Shown: positions 48,770-58,827, counted from the first letter of the stretch. The stretch is DNA of 64,000 nt from a candidate division FCPU426 bacterium (GCA_963830915.1 CAWHOE010000053.1:100666-164665); one strand, 5' to 3'. Notes: a model not told the origin generated them from the letters alone. Translations and numbers: made by a program.

Positions 48770-49228
48770 TTGAACCTTTATTTGTTCCGCCATGGCCACG
48801 CCGCCTCACCGGGGGGAGACACCCCATCCCTTTTGACCCAAAGGGGAGAAAAAGAAGTTTCCCAGATGGCCTTGGAGATGAAACGTCGGGGTGTGATCAT
48901 CGTAAAAATTTGGCATAGTCCCAAGGACAGGGCCAAACAGACAGCAGAGATCCTTCGAACTATCCTTATGATACCCCCCTCGCAGGTTGAAGAAAAAGAA
49001 GAGCTGACCCCCGATGGAGACGCCCAGATCATTTTCCAGGAGCTTTCTAAGGAAAAATGCGCTTCCCTTTTGATCGTCAGTCATCTGCCCTTTTTACCTG
49101 AATTGACAGATATCCTTTTGGGTGATTCTTCCGACGAGCCTCTTTTTCCAACCGCCGGAGCGGCGGCCTTGGAAGGATCTGGCGCCGATTGGAAACTTCT
49201 TTGGTCTATCTATCCCGATCTGCTTTAA
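48770..49228 (+). CDS. sixA: phosphohistidine phosphatase SixA
   Basis: TTG start; LFRHGHA, HSPKDRAKQTA, VSHLP. Confidence 0.88.
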   Translation: MNLYLFRHGHAASPGGDTPSLLTQRGEKEVSQMALEMKRRGVIIVKIWHSPKDRAKQTAEILRTILMIPPSQVEEKEELTPDGDAQIIFQELSKEKCASLLIVSHLPFLPELTDILLGDSSDEPLFPTAGAAALEGSGADWKLLWSIYPDLL

Positions 49229-49407
49229 TTCTTGTCGAGAGATAGGTTTAACACTTAAAACAGGGAAGTTAGTCGGTTTCACGTTGTCCAGACATGGCTT
49301 ATTTTTGTCCCGAATTTTCCATTGGTTACCTTTTCCCACCCTGGTTTCTTTTTGTCTGGAAGTTTTTAATCACGTCTGTCAAAAAAGATCATCCCTACTT
49401 CCCGCTG

Positions 49408-49416
49408 TGTTATAAT
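49408..49416 (+). promoter_or_regulatory. extended -10 promoter element
   Basis: TGTTATAAT ~55 bp upstream of the ATG at 49470 (GGGAGG RBS). Confidence 0.6.
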
Positions 49417-49469
49417 GCCGACTCCGTACAGAACAACTTTTCCATTTTTGCCGTGGGAGGCTCCCTCTT

Positions 49470-51266
49470 ATGCCGAACGTCACCGGTAATCATTTCGAAA
49501 AACTCATGGAAGGCGTGGACGAACCCACGAGGAAACAGTTCGAGGACTGCCTGGCCTTCTTCGCGGCCGACGCCGATACTTCCAGCGCCGCTGAAAAGAC
49601 CCGTTCGGATAAATTGCGCACCGGTTACAACAACCTGGTGGACTTCCTGGTCATGAACCGCATGAACGAGCTGAACCCCCAGCAGATCACCTTCCTGTGC
49701 ACAGGGGCTATGGGCGACACCATCACCCTGCAGAACCCAGCCCGCACCATGGAATTGCTACCGACGGATTTTTACAACTCCTTGATCGCCTCCTTCAGCA
49801 AACCCAACCCGGACGCCCGATCACTTCCCGTATATTCGGTCATGGAAAAATTCATCCTCATCGCCAAGAACGAGTTCCTGGCCCTGACCATGGGTGACGA
49901 GCGCAAGAAAGCCCTGCGCAACGCCCCCCAGGACCAAAAGCGCCAGAAGGACGACTTGAAACGCCGCATGGACCAGGTGAAGAGCGAGATCAACAACTCG
50001 GTCAACCTGATCGACCAGCATTTCCCCCGGGTCCTGAACTCCATGAACGAGAACGCCATCAAGAACGCCAAAGTCAGCCTGGAAATGCTGAAGAAAGTTG
50101 GAGCCGCTTGGGGACGGGGCGACGCCGCCTCCGCCCAGGAAAAAGCCCTTTTAAACGCTTTTGAAAACAAGGTTGGGACCACCGGCAACAGCATGGCCAA
50201 GTGGGTGGACGAGATCATCCTGAACCTGGGCAAGGTCTCGGAGAACGCCAAGGTTATCGAGGAAAAAAACACCGCTTTGAACCAGCTGAAGATCGAATTC
50301 ACCAAGGTCTCCGAGGCCTCGGGTGGACCGGTGGAGATCGTCGGCCCCCTCTATAACCCCGTGAGCATCTCCAATCTGCGCACCGACATCGACACCACCA
50401 ATAGCGTGAGTGTTCGGGTGGCCGACTCATCCCCCATGAAGGTTTCCTTCAGCGCCTCCCGGGTCCTCCTGAACAAACACTTCGGGGATAACGCCAATTA
50501 TCAGGAGCGTTTATGCAGCCCCGAGAACGTCATCGCCTCCCTGGACAAGATCCTATTGATGCACACCAACCTTTTCGCCAAGGACAATGATGGAAAGTTC
50601 ATCATCCCGGCCATCCTGATCGAGCCCCTGAGGAATTTCGTCGATTTCTTCCAGGACCGGTTCATCATGAGCCTGGTCTCGGGCGAGGCCGAGCGCAAAG
50701 GCCCCTTCGCGACCTTCACCCCCGTGGATGTGCAGGTGCTCCGGATGTGCGCCCTCTATCTGACCAAGGACCCCATCTATGACTACCGCGGGGATGTCAA
50801 GGTCGGTACCTTCATGGGAGACTATGTGGGTAAGATCGAGAAGCAGACCAAGGTCAAATGGACCGGACAGGACAAAAAGTTCACCCTGGCCGCCACCCAG
50901 AGCATGCAGGATACGGCCACCCGGGATGACGCTATCATCGATTACATCGACTTCATGAGCGCCATGACGAATGGTTCCGCCCCCAACCCCAAGCTCTCCA
51001 AACGCAAGATCAACATCCTGTTGAAGTACGTGCGTTTCGACAAGCTGGAAAAGAATATCGCGGGCATCTTGAGGCTGGTCGCCCAGCAGGATCCGGGCGA
51101 AGCCAAGGAATCCATCATGCATTTCGCCAAGGACAACCTGGACACGGCGAAAGACCTGATCCGCACCGCCATCGCCAGCGACCCATTGACGGCCAAGGGT
51201 TACAGCAACAACCCGGATTTCGCCATCATGCGGGTCTTCGGCATGGAGCCTCGCAAAGCCGGATAA
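49470..51266 (+). CDS. uncharacterised 598-aa cytoplasmic protein with central coiled coil
   Basis: Long ORF, strongly C/G-ending codons, own promoter, RBS and terminator; no motif recognised. Confidence 0.85.
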   Translation: MPNVTGNHFEKLMEGVDEPTRKQFEDCLAFFAADADTSSAAEKTRSDKLRTGYNNLVDFLVMNRMNELNPQQITFLCTGAMGDTITLQNPARTMELLPTDFYNSLIASFSKPNPDARSLPVYSVMEKFILIAKNEFLALTMGDERKKALRNAPQDQKRQKDDLKRRMDQVKSEINNSVNLIDQHFPRVLNSMNENAIKNAKVSLEMLKKVGAAWGRGDAASAQEKALLNAFENKVGTTGNSMAKWVDEIILNLGKVSENAKVIEEKNTALNQLKIEFTKVSEASGGPVEIVGPLYNPVSISNLRTDIDTTNSVSVRVADSSPMKVSFSASRVLLNKHFGDNANYQERLCSPENVIASLDKILLMHTNLFAKDNDGKFIIPAILIEPLRNFVDFFQDRFIMSLVSGEAERKGPFATFTPVDVQVLRMCALYLTKDPIYDYRGDVKVGTFMGDYVGKIEKQTKVKWTGQDKKFTLAATQSMQDTATRDDAIIDYIDFMSAMTNGSAPNPKLSKRKINILLKYVRFDKLEKNIAGILRLVAQQDPGEAKESIMHFAKDNLDTAKDLIRTAIASDPLTAKGYSNNPDFAIMRVFGMEPRKAG

Positions 51267-51283
51267 GACGCAAGCTTTTTACC

Positions 51284-51331
51284 AAGCCCCCAAAGAGCGA
51301 AAGATTTTGCTTTTTAGGGGCTTTTTGTTTT
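51284..51331 (+). terminator. intrinsic terminator
   Basis: AAGCCCC-CAAAGAGC ... GCTTTTTAGGGGCTT followed by TTTGTTTT. Confidence 0.75.
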
Positions 51332-51372
51332 AATCTCTCCTGGTTTCGATCCCTCGATCAAGAAGGCCCCCC

Positions 51373-51921
51373 ATGAAAACCCAAGCCGCCCTATCCGCTG
51401 TCGGCAAAGACCAACCTGGCATCGTCGCGGCCCTGGCGAAGATGTTCTTCGATCTGGGATGTAACCTGGAAGAATCCAGTATGACCCGCCTGAAGGGTGA
51501 CTTCGCCGTCCTATTGCTCATCTCCCTGCCAGACAACCTTAGTTTGGAATCCTTGAAAACATCCATGGCCGCCTTGGCGAGACAATGGGAGCTGGCCTTT
51601 ACCCTTCGGGAACTTCCTGTTGGCGGGGATGGTTCCAAGGTTGAACCAACCGCCCAAAACCATACCCTTGTGGTCTACGGAATAGACCATCCAGGGATCG
51701 TCTATAAAGTGACCCAAGCCGCGGCCGATCTGAAGGTCAATATCACCGATCTGCGAACCAGGGTCACCGAGGGCAAGAGTGGGGCCATCTATTCCTTGAT
51801 CATGGAGTTGGAGATCCCCGGCGGGAACGCGGCGGACGCTTTCCGGGAAAAACTGGAAATCTTGAAAAAAGACCTCAAGGTGGAGGTCACCCTGACCCCC
51901 GTGGAAGCGGAAGAGCTCTAG
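51373..51921 (+). CDS. tandem ACT-domain protein (GcvR-like)
   Basis: GKDQPGIVA...GCNLEESSM and GIDHPGIV...NITDL. Confidence 0.85.
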   Translation: MKTQAALSAVGKDQPGIVAALAKMFFDLGCNLEESSMTRLKGDFAVLLLISLPDNLSLESLKTSMAALARQWELAFTLRELPVGGDGSKVEPTAQNHTLVVYGIDHPGIVYKVTQAAADLKVNITDLRTRVTEGKSGAIYSLIMELEIPGGNAADAFREKLEILKKDLKVEVTLTPVEAEEL

Positions 51922-51922
51922 G

Positions 51923-52435
51923 ATGTCCGTGAAGGAAGTCCTCACCTTTCCCCACCCCCTTTTGAAACAAAAGATCGTCGGGGCGCCCTCGACCGGCCCC
52001 TTGGTCAAGCAAGCCCTGGCGGACCTGGCCGACACCATGACAGCCTATCCCGGATGCGTGGGTATCGCGGCGCCCCAGATCGGGCTTACCTTACGGGTAC
52101 TGGTCGTGGATGTGTCCCGGTCCAAACGACCCAGCGAGAACCACGGTTTGCTGAGGATGGTCGATCCGGTCATCCTGGAAGCCAGCCAATGGAAAATGAG
52201 CCGGGAAGGATGTCTGAGCTTTCCCAACCTTCTGGCCAACGTGAAAAGGGCCCAGAAGATAGTGGTCGAATTCGGGGACGGCTCGGGCGGCAAGGACCGA
52301 ATAACCGCCCTGGGGTTCGAGGCTGTCGCCATCCAGCATGAGATCGACCATCTGGAAGGGATCCTGTTCCTGGATAAGATCCGCTCTTCCAAGGATCTAT
52401 TTGAAAGACCCGCCCCGGCCACCCAACCCCTATAA
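51923..52435 (+). CDS. def: peptide deformylase (second paralog)
   Basis: CVGIAAPQIG, EGCLS, QHEIDHLEG. Confidence 0.92.
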   Translation: MSVKEVLTFPHPLLKQKIVGAPSTGPLVKQALADLADTMTAYPGCVGIAAPQIGLTLRVLVVDVSRSKRPSENHGLLRMVDPVILEASQWKMSREGCLSFPNLLANVKRAQKIVVEFGDGSGGKDRITALGFEAVAIQHEIDHLEGILFLDKIRSSKDLFERPAPATQPL

Positions 52436-52471
52436 TGTCGCCATTGGTTAGACCGAATTCGAGGGGGGAAC

Positions 52472-53017
52472 ATGGCTGAATCGAAGGAAATGAACCTGGT
52501 CTGGATGGACCTGGAAATGTCGGGGTTGGACCCCAAGACCTGCCAGATCCTGGAGATCGCGTCGCTGGTCACGGATAAGGACCTGAACCTGATCGCCCAG
52601 GGCCCTTCCCTTGTCATCCATCAATCGCCCTCGGTCCTGGACGCCATGGACGACTGGAACAAGGAACACCATGGAAAATCCGGCTTGATCGACGCGGTGC
52701 AAAAGTCGACCATCTCCCTCACCGAAGCCGAAAGGACCACCCTGGAGTTCATCTCCGCCCATTGCAAACCCAGGACAAGCCCACTTTGCGGGAACACCAT
52801 ATACCAAGACCGCCGGTTCCTGACCGAATACATGCCCCAATTGGAGGCGTATCTTCACTATCGTTTGGTGGATGTGAGTAGCATCAAGGAATTGGTCAAG
52901 CGTTGGTACGGGCCGGAATTCCAGGCGCCCAATAAAAAACAAAGTCATAAGGCGCTGGAGGACATCCTAGAGACCATCGAGGAATTGAAGTTCTATCGAA
53001 AAACTGTTTTTAAATAA
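52472..53017 (+). CDS. orn: oligoribonuclease
   Basis: LVWMDLEMSGLD, PLCGNTI.QDRRFL, HYRLVDVSSIKEL, HKALEDI. Confidence 0.96.
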   Translation: MAESKEMNLVWMDLEMSGLDPKTCQILEIASLVTDKDLNLIAQGPSLVIHQSPSVLDAMDDWNKEHHGKSGLIDAVQKSTISLTEAERTTLEFISAHCKPRTSPLCGNTIYQDRRFLTEYMPQLEAYLHYRLVDVSSIKELVKRWYGPEFQAPNKKQSHKALEDILETIEELKFYRKTVFK

Positions 53018-53020
53018 ATA

Positions 53021-54066
53021 CTACTTCCCCGTTTTACGTTTCTTTCCTTTTTTCTTGGCTGAATGCCAATACTGGTGCCAAACCCACGCGGTTTTGAGGA
53101 TATTCTCCAGGCTGGAATGGCGGGGTTGCCACTTTAATATGGACTGGGCTTTTTGGGACTGAGCGACCAAAGCGGGCGGGTCCCCTTCCCGGCGCGTTCC
53201 CATTCGGATCGGCACTTTTTGACCCGTGACTTTTTCTGTTTCCCGGATGACTTCCTTCACTGAAAAACCATGGCCTGTTCCCAGGTTGAACTGGTCGCTT
53301 TTCCCCGTTTCCATCATCCTTTTCAAGGCAAGGAAGTGCGCACCCGCCAGATCGGTGACATGGATGTAATCCCTCACGCAGGTACCATCCGCAGTGGGGT
53401 AATCTTCCCCGAAACCGTGATCTCTTTCCTTAACCCAGCCGCCGCGTCCAAGACCAGGGGGATCAAGTGGGTCTCCGGATCATGTACTTCACCGATGGTC
53501 CCTGAGACATCCGCTCCCGCCGCGTTGAAATATCGTAAAAAGGTCGATCTCAAACCATATGCCTTATCGTACCAGTCCAAAATCTTCTCGATCATGAACT
53601 TGGAATCGCCATAAGGATTGACCGGATCCTTGGGGTGGTCCTCCGGTATCGGCACCCGGACGGGATTTCCATAGACCGCGCAAGTGGATGAAAGGATGAA
53701 ATACCCTACTTTTCGCTGGAGCATGGCCGAAAAAAGGCTCATAGCGTTGGTCAAATTATCCTGGTAATACTTTTGGGGATTGGTGACCGATTCCCCCACG
53801 TAAGTATGAGAAGCGAAATGCATCACGGCCTGGGGTTTGTACTTAGCCATGGTCCGGACCAATTTGGCCCGGTCAGCCAATTCTCCCTCGACTAAGACAC
53901 CTTCCTTCACCGCCCATTTGTGACCCATGGAAAGGTTATCGTAGGTGATCGGGAAAAACCCGTGTTGGACCGCTTCTTTGACCGCGTGACTGCCGATGTA
54001 TCCGGCGCCACCCGTAATGAGAATGGGTATATTCTTTTTCACTATTCTGATCCTTTTCTTGACCAT
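53021..54066 (-). pseudogene. galE: UDP-glucose 4-epimerase split by a 1-base deletion (probable sequencing error)
   Basis: TGGAGYIGSH, YGDSK, RYFNAAGA in 53374-54066; adding one base to the A run at 53412-53414 restores VFGEDYPTADGTCVRDYIHV into 53021-53377. Confidence 0.85.
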
Positions 54067-54245
54067 TAAAACATCTTGAAAGACAGATTACCAAAAGAGA
54101 GTCAACGGACGAAAAAGCGGTTTCTTAGGAAAACATTTTCCAAAAATAGCTCTATTTCTGTCTGTTCGGGCCGATTTTCATGGCTCATAATACGTCAAAA
54201 CCCATCCAACACCAAAACCTGTTTTGAAATAACAGGACTAAAAAA

Positions 54246-55346
54246 TTGAGTCTCCCAAAACAAAAATACGAACAGAGTGTGAACACTTTGCAAGAAAAGT
54301 CCGTTGGAACGACCTCCTCTCCTATCGAAGTCCTCAATCAAGGGTTGATGTCCCTTTATCACGCTACCGCCGAGTTACAGTTCTCCAAACCTTTGCCTTC
54401 ACTCCTAAAATCGATTCTACGCGGACTGAAGAGCGGGACCGAGATCGGAAAAGCGATCATCTTTGTCAGCGATGAATCCACGGGCATCTTAAAAGGGGCG
54501 GCATCCGTCGGTTTCAACGACAAAAAAGTGAACGAACTCAGTTTATCCCTCTTGCCCAACGAGGATCAGGAACTGCTGACGATCAACGCTTCCTTGACCA
54601 AAGAACCTTCCAGTGAAAAGTCCGCGAGGGTCATCGATTGGATCGAGGAAAAGCTGGAGATAAAATCCCCCGTTTTATTGCCCCTGGAGATCCGCGACCA
54701 GTTGGTCGGTCTTTTGGTCTATGAAAAACCCTCCCACCTCCTCCATCAGGAGATCCTGTTCATCTTCTCCCGGCAGGCCGCCCTGACCATCGAGAACGCC
54801 AAGCTTTTCGCCAAGGTCGAGGAGATGGCCATCCGGGATACCCTCACAGGCCTTTACAACCGCCGTTACTTCCAGCAGATCCTGGAGTACGAATTGAACC
54901 GGGCCAAACGCTACCGCCAGCCCCTGTCCCTGATCTTCATCGACCTGGACCATTTCAAGGAGATCAACGATACCTTTGGTCATTCCACCGGCGATATTTT
55001 CCTGAGACAGATCTCCCAAAAACTAAGTTCCTTGTTCAGGACCACCGACCTGGTCGCCCGTTACGCCGGGGATGAGTTCGTGGCCATCCTGCCCGCTACC
55101 GCCCAGGAAGGCGCGATGATCCTGGCCAACCGCATCCAGGACATACTTGGGAAGTACCAGATCATGGTGAGGGGCCGGACCCTGCAGATATCGGTGAGCA
55201 TCGGGGTCGATACTTACGAGGGGAACGACGGGATCGGCGGGGTGACCTTCATCGATCGAGCCGACAAAGCCATGTACGAGGCCAAGACCAACGGCCGTAA
55301 TTGCGTCAAGAGTTACCAGGAAGTTCCTAAAGCCCTCATCGGCTAA
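54246..55346 (+). CDS. GAF + GGDEF diguanylate cyclase (AGDEF variant)
   Basis: DTLTGLYNRR, DLDHFKEINDTFGH, RTTD I-site, RYAGDEF, ADKAMYEAK. Confidence 0.92.
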   Translation: MSLPKQKYEQSVNTLQEKSVGTTSSPIEVLNQGLMSLYHATAELQFSKPLPSLLKSILRGLKSGTEIGKAIIFVSDESTGILKGAASVGFNDKKVNELSLSLLPNEDQELLTINASLTKEPSSEKSARVIDWIEEKLEIKSPVLLPLEIRDQLVGLLVYEKPSHLLHQEILFIFSRQAALTIENAKLFAKVEEMAIRDTLTGLYNRRYFQQILEYELNRAKRYRQPLSLIFIDLDHFKEINDTFGHSTGDIFLRQISQKLSSLFRTTDLVARYAGDEFVAILPATAQEGAMILANRIQDILGKYQIMVRGRTLQISVSIGVDTYEGNDGIGGVTFIDRADKAMYEAKTNGRNCVKSYQEVPKALIG

Positions 55347-55379
55347 GCCACTCCCAAAACCTATCCGATAGTGTTCGTC

Positions 55380-56042
55380 CTATTCCAATTCCTTTTGGCT
55401 CTTCAACCTCTGCTTCACGAATTCGTCGATCCTCGTTTTGTTCAAACGCGACAGGGTCTGGAATTTGACCCGGATCTTGTAACGCTCTTCCGGGGATTGG
55501 GGCACCCTCCCGCAGGAAACCACTTCCCCCGCGACCGAGATCTCGATGGTGGCGTTGGGGATCTGGATACCCATCCTTAAGAAACTGCCGGGCGAGATCG
55601 GCTGAGGCGCGTTGAAGGAAAGACCGGACGAGCTTAGATTCAGCGCCAGGGTGTGGTTCGCCGTCGTCAGGCCCGGCCCCCCATGGACTTCATAAGAAAG
55701 AGGGACCAGGGAGTTCACCCTTTGGGACCGCCGGCGCTGGATACCCACCAGCTCGCTGTCGGAAGGACGCTGCAATACCAGTATGGGCAAGGGTTTGCGC
55801 TTGACCTCCAGCACGACGCTCAGGAAGGTGAAATACTCCTCGCCCACCGAGAATCCTATCTCGATCTTTTCTCCGGGCAGGATCGACCGAAGACGGCCCT
55901 GCAGGGTAGGATGGGCCGTGGTAATGTATTTTCCCATCACGGTCTCCACCCGACTTTTGAGCCATTCCTTCTCCCCGATTCTCCTCAGGAAGATCGCCCT
56001 GTTTTCCCGGAGTTTGGATAACGCATTGGGTGTGGTCGTCAT
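55380..56042 (-). CDS. YcgR-like flagellar brake / PilZ protein
   Basis: PilZN-like N-domain, QRRRSQR and NLSSSG motifs. Confidence 0.82.
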   Translation of the reverse strand: MTTTPNALSKLRENRAIFLRRIGEKEWLKSRVETVMGKYITTAHPTLQGRLRSILPGEKIEIGFSVGEEYFTFLSVVLEVKRKPLPILVLQRPSDSELVGIQRRRSQRVNSLVPLSYEVHGGPGLTTANHTLALNLSSSGLSFNAPQPISPGSFLRMGIQIPNATIEISVAGEVVSCGRVPQSPEERYKIRVKFQTLSRLNKTRIDEFVKQRLKSQKELE

Positions 56043-56144
56043 GGGGCCCGCCTTTATTTGAAAGATGATCGACACTTGATAATCCACCGGTTTTCACCGG
56101 TATCCATCGTGGATAAAAATCTTGGTCTTTTTTGGGGTGAGATC

Positions 56145-57668
56145 TCAGCTGACAGCGAACAACTTCTTTTGACTGTTGCCATTCGACGCTGGGTTATCCT
56201 CCAGGACCTTGATGGTCTGAAGCCGTCCGTCCGACTGGCCGTTGATCCGCGCGCCCGAATCCAAAACATTCATCAGGTAGGTGTAGATCTCTTGGGTGAT
56301 CACCTCGCCCGGGCAGAGCACCGGTATTCCCGGGGGATAAGGGCATACGATCTCGGCGCAGACCTTCCCGACCGACCGTTTGAAGGGTATCTTGCGGGTC
56401 AACTTGGTCAGGGCTTCCCTCGGGTTGACCTCTTTGCGTGGTACGAAATGCGGAAAAACGACCCGCCGTTTCCGCTTCAGGTTCATGAACATGTCCTTGT
56501 AATCCACCACGATCTTCCTCAGGGCGGCGACGAACTTTTTGAGGTCCTTCGGGGTGTTGCCCAGGGACACAAAGAGCAGGACGTTCTGGAAATCGGACAG
56601 CTCGGTCTGGATCCCGTATTCGGAGTTCAATATCTTCGCCATATCGTAGCCGATACAGGGCAAGCCCTTGGTGGAGATGGTCAACTTTGTCACGTCCAGA
56701 TCCAATCCGGGTATCTTCTGCACCTGTTCCCGGGTCAGACAGGATAGGCCGGGAATGGCGTTGACGTTCTTGCGGGTCGCCTCGCAAAGCTCGATGGCGT
56801 CATTGAGCAGTCGCTCTCCTTCTTGGACCATCTGGTGGCGGGAAATATCCAAGGAGCCCAGGATGATATAGGAAGGGCTGGTCGTCTGGAGCATTTGCAG
56901 GGTGGTCTTAAGCCTGAGGATGTCGATCCGGACGCCCTTCACATGCAGCATGGATCCTTGGCTCAGGGCCGCCAGGTGCTTGTGGGTGGATTGGACGCAC
57001 ATATCGGCCCCCGAGTCCATGGCCGACTTGGGAAGCTTGGGATGGAAATGGAAATGACCGCCGTGGGCCTCGTCCACCAATAGGATCTTGTCGTAATTGT
57101 GGACGACCTCGGCGATGGCTTCCAGGTCGGCCGTCAGGCCGAAATAGGTCGGGCTGGTGACCAGGACCGCCTTGGCGTCCGGGTGTTGCCGACAGGCCTC
57201 GTCCACCTGTTCCACGGTGAGGTTGAGGATGAGGTCGGATGTCTCGTCGATCTTGGGCATGACATAGACGGGTTCGGCGCCGGCCAGGATGACCGCCGAA
57301 ATGACCGACTTATGCGCGTTGCGGGGGATGATGATCTTGTCGCCCGGGTCGCAAACCGAAAGGATCATGGCCTGGTTGCCGCCGGTGGTGCCGTTGACCA
57401 GGAAGAAGGAATAATCCGCGCCGTAGGCCTTGGCCGCTAGGATCTGGGCTTCCTTGATGACCGTGTTGGGTTCATGAAGGGAGTCGATCTCGCTCATGAC
57501 CGACAGGTCTAGCTTGAAGACCTTCTCGCCGACGAAAGACCGGAATACCTTGGGTATCCCGTTCCCGTGTTTGTGACCAGGGGTATGGAAAGAGATCTTG
57601 TTCTCGTTGGCGTAACGAACGATGGCGTCGAAGAGGGGGGTTTTATCTTGGCCGTCGTAATTGGACAT
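56145..57668 (-). CDS. Orn/Lys/Arg decarboxylase (fold-I PLP; Bacillus SpeA-like)
   Basis: SFHTPGHKHG, VNGTT, RNAHKS, DEAHG, QSTHK, TTSPSY, PYPPGIPVL; downstream of speE. Confidence 0.92.
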   Translation of the reverse strand: MSNYDGQDKTPLFDAIVRYANENKISFHTPGHKHGNGIPKVFRSFVGEKVFKLDLSVMSEIDSLHEPNTVIKEAQILAAKAYGADYSFFLVNGTTGGNQAMILSVCDPGDKIIIPRNAHKSVISAVILAGAEPVYVMPKIDETSDLILNLTVEQVDEACRQHPDAKAVLVTSPTYFGLTADLEAIAEVVHNYDKILLVDEAHGGHFHFHPKLPKSAMDSGADMCVQSTHKHLAALSQGSMLHVKGVRIDILRLKTTLQMLQTTSPSYIILGSLDISRHQMVQEGERLLNDAIELCEATRKNVNAIPGLSCLTREQVQKIPGLDLDVTKLTISTKGLPCIGYDMAKILNSEYGIQTELSDFQNVLLFVSLGNTPKDLKKFVAALRKIVVDYKDMFMNLKRKRRVVFPHFVPRKEVNPREALTKLTRKIPFKRSVGKVCAEIVCPYPPGIPVLCPGEVITQEIYTYLMNVLDSGARINGQSDGRLQTIKVLEDNPASNGNSQKKLFAVS

Positions 57669-58613
57669 TTATTTAGAATTCTTCTCCTCTCCGATGAAAC
57701 GATAGGTCAGCGGCTTATCATCCTTGATGACCTCTTTCAAGGACGCGAAGCCATCCCGGATGTATTTGGGGGTGTAAAAGATGCCCTCATGGGATTCCCC
57801 GTCGTAATATTTCAATTCACCCACCTTGCGATCTTTCAGGATCTTATCGACCTGGTCCCGTTTCAGGGCCTTGGGGTCGGTGGTCTTGGCCGCCATGGTG
57901 AAACTCCAGGGGATATCGAAGGATGGGACATTCGCCGGCCAGGAATAGACCAGGGGGAACACCTGTCTGAGGGTCCGATGGATCGCGGCCAGGCATCTTA
58001 GTTCTTTTTCGGCCGAACAGCCCGATTGCAGGGCGACCACGCCGTTCTCGGAAAGTTTTTCCGAGACCATCTTGTAGAACTCGACCGTATAAAGCAGGTA
58101 GGCGGGCCCTTCCTCCACCGGCTCGGGGATGTCCACGATGATGACGTCGAATTTTTCCTTGCTCTTCTCCAGGAACTTTCGGCCGTCCTCGAACTTCAGG
58201 ACCGTCCGTTTGTCCTTGAAGGCGCCCCGGTGCCACTCGGGCAGGTACTCGTCGCAAAGCTCCACGACCCTTTTATCGATATCGATCATCCAGCACTTTT
58301 CGACCGTTTTGTGGCGCAGGACCTCATAAAGGGTAGCCCCTTCCCCGCCGCCGATGATCACCACTTTTTTTGGTTCCGGGCAGGCCACCATGGCCGGGTG
58401 GACCAGGTTCTCGTGATAAATGAACTCGTCCAGTTGGGCGGATTGCATATGGCCGTCCAGGATCAGGCATTTGCCGTAATGGGTGGATTGGATGACCTCG
58501 ACCTGCTGGAAGGGCGTCTTTTCGGAAGCGTAGATCTTGGTGATGCCCCGCATATGGGCCTCATCCGGCGCGAAAAACTCGATGTGCCAATGAGGATTGA
58601 TAAAATTGATCAT
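57669..58613 (-). CDS. speE: polyamine aminopropyltransferase (spermidine synthase)
   Basis: LDGHMQS..LDEFIYHENLVHPAM, IGGGEGA, FDVIIVD. Confidence 0.95.
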   Translation of the reverse strand: MINFINPHWHIEFFAPDEAHMRGITKIYASEKTPFQQVEVIQSTHYGKCLILDGHMQSAQLDEFIYHENLVHPAMVACPEPKKVVIIGGGEGATLYEVLRHKTVEKCWMIDIDKRVVELCDEYLPEWHRGAFKDKRTVLKFEDGRKFLEKSKEKFDVIIVDIPEPVEEGPAYLLYTVEFYKMVSEKLSENGVVALQSGCSAEKELRCLAAIHRTLRQVFPLVYSWPANVPSFDIPWSFTMAAKTTDPKALKRDQVDKILKDRKVGELKYYDGESHEGIFYTPKYIRDGFASLKEVIKDDKPLTYRFIGEEKNSK

Positions 58614-58720
58614 GATTTCTCCAAGTAGGGCTTTTCAACCGGCAATCTCTGACAAAAAAAGCGACTTCCGTGTTCATTCGGCAAGCCGCTGCTCTCCATC
58701 CTTCGCTTTTTGTTACGAAT
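58610..58720 (-). promoter_or_regulatory. structured 5' leader of speE operon with 29-aa uORF (58610-58699)
   Basis: AAAAAGCGA/UCGCUUUUU stem, internal CGG-CUUG-CCG hairpin; uORF MESSGLPNEHGSRFFCQRLPVEKPYLEKS* whose TGA overlaps the speE ATG (ATGA). Confidence 0.5.
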
Positions 58721-58727
58721 TTTCTCA

Positions 58728-58755
58728 AGTATAAATCCATACGCTATACTGTCAA
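58728..58755 (-). promoter_or_regulatory. sigma70-type promoter of speE operon
   Basis: TTGACA-N16-TATACT on the minus strand. Confidence 0.7.
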
Positions 58756-58827
58756 GAAAAAACGCCCCTTTTCGAAGTCAAAAACAAAATATTTTGATCG
58801 ATGTAAAAAAAATTCGCCTCAACGCGA

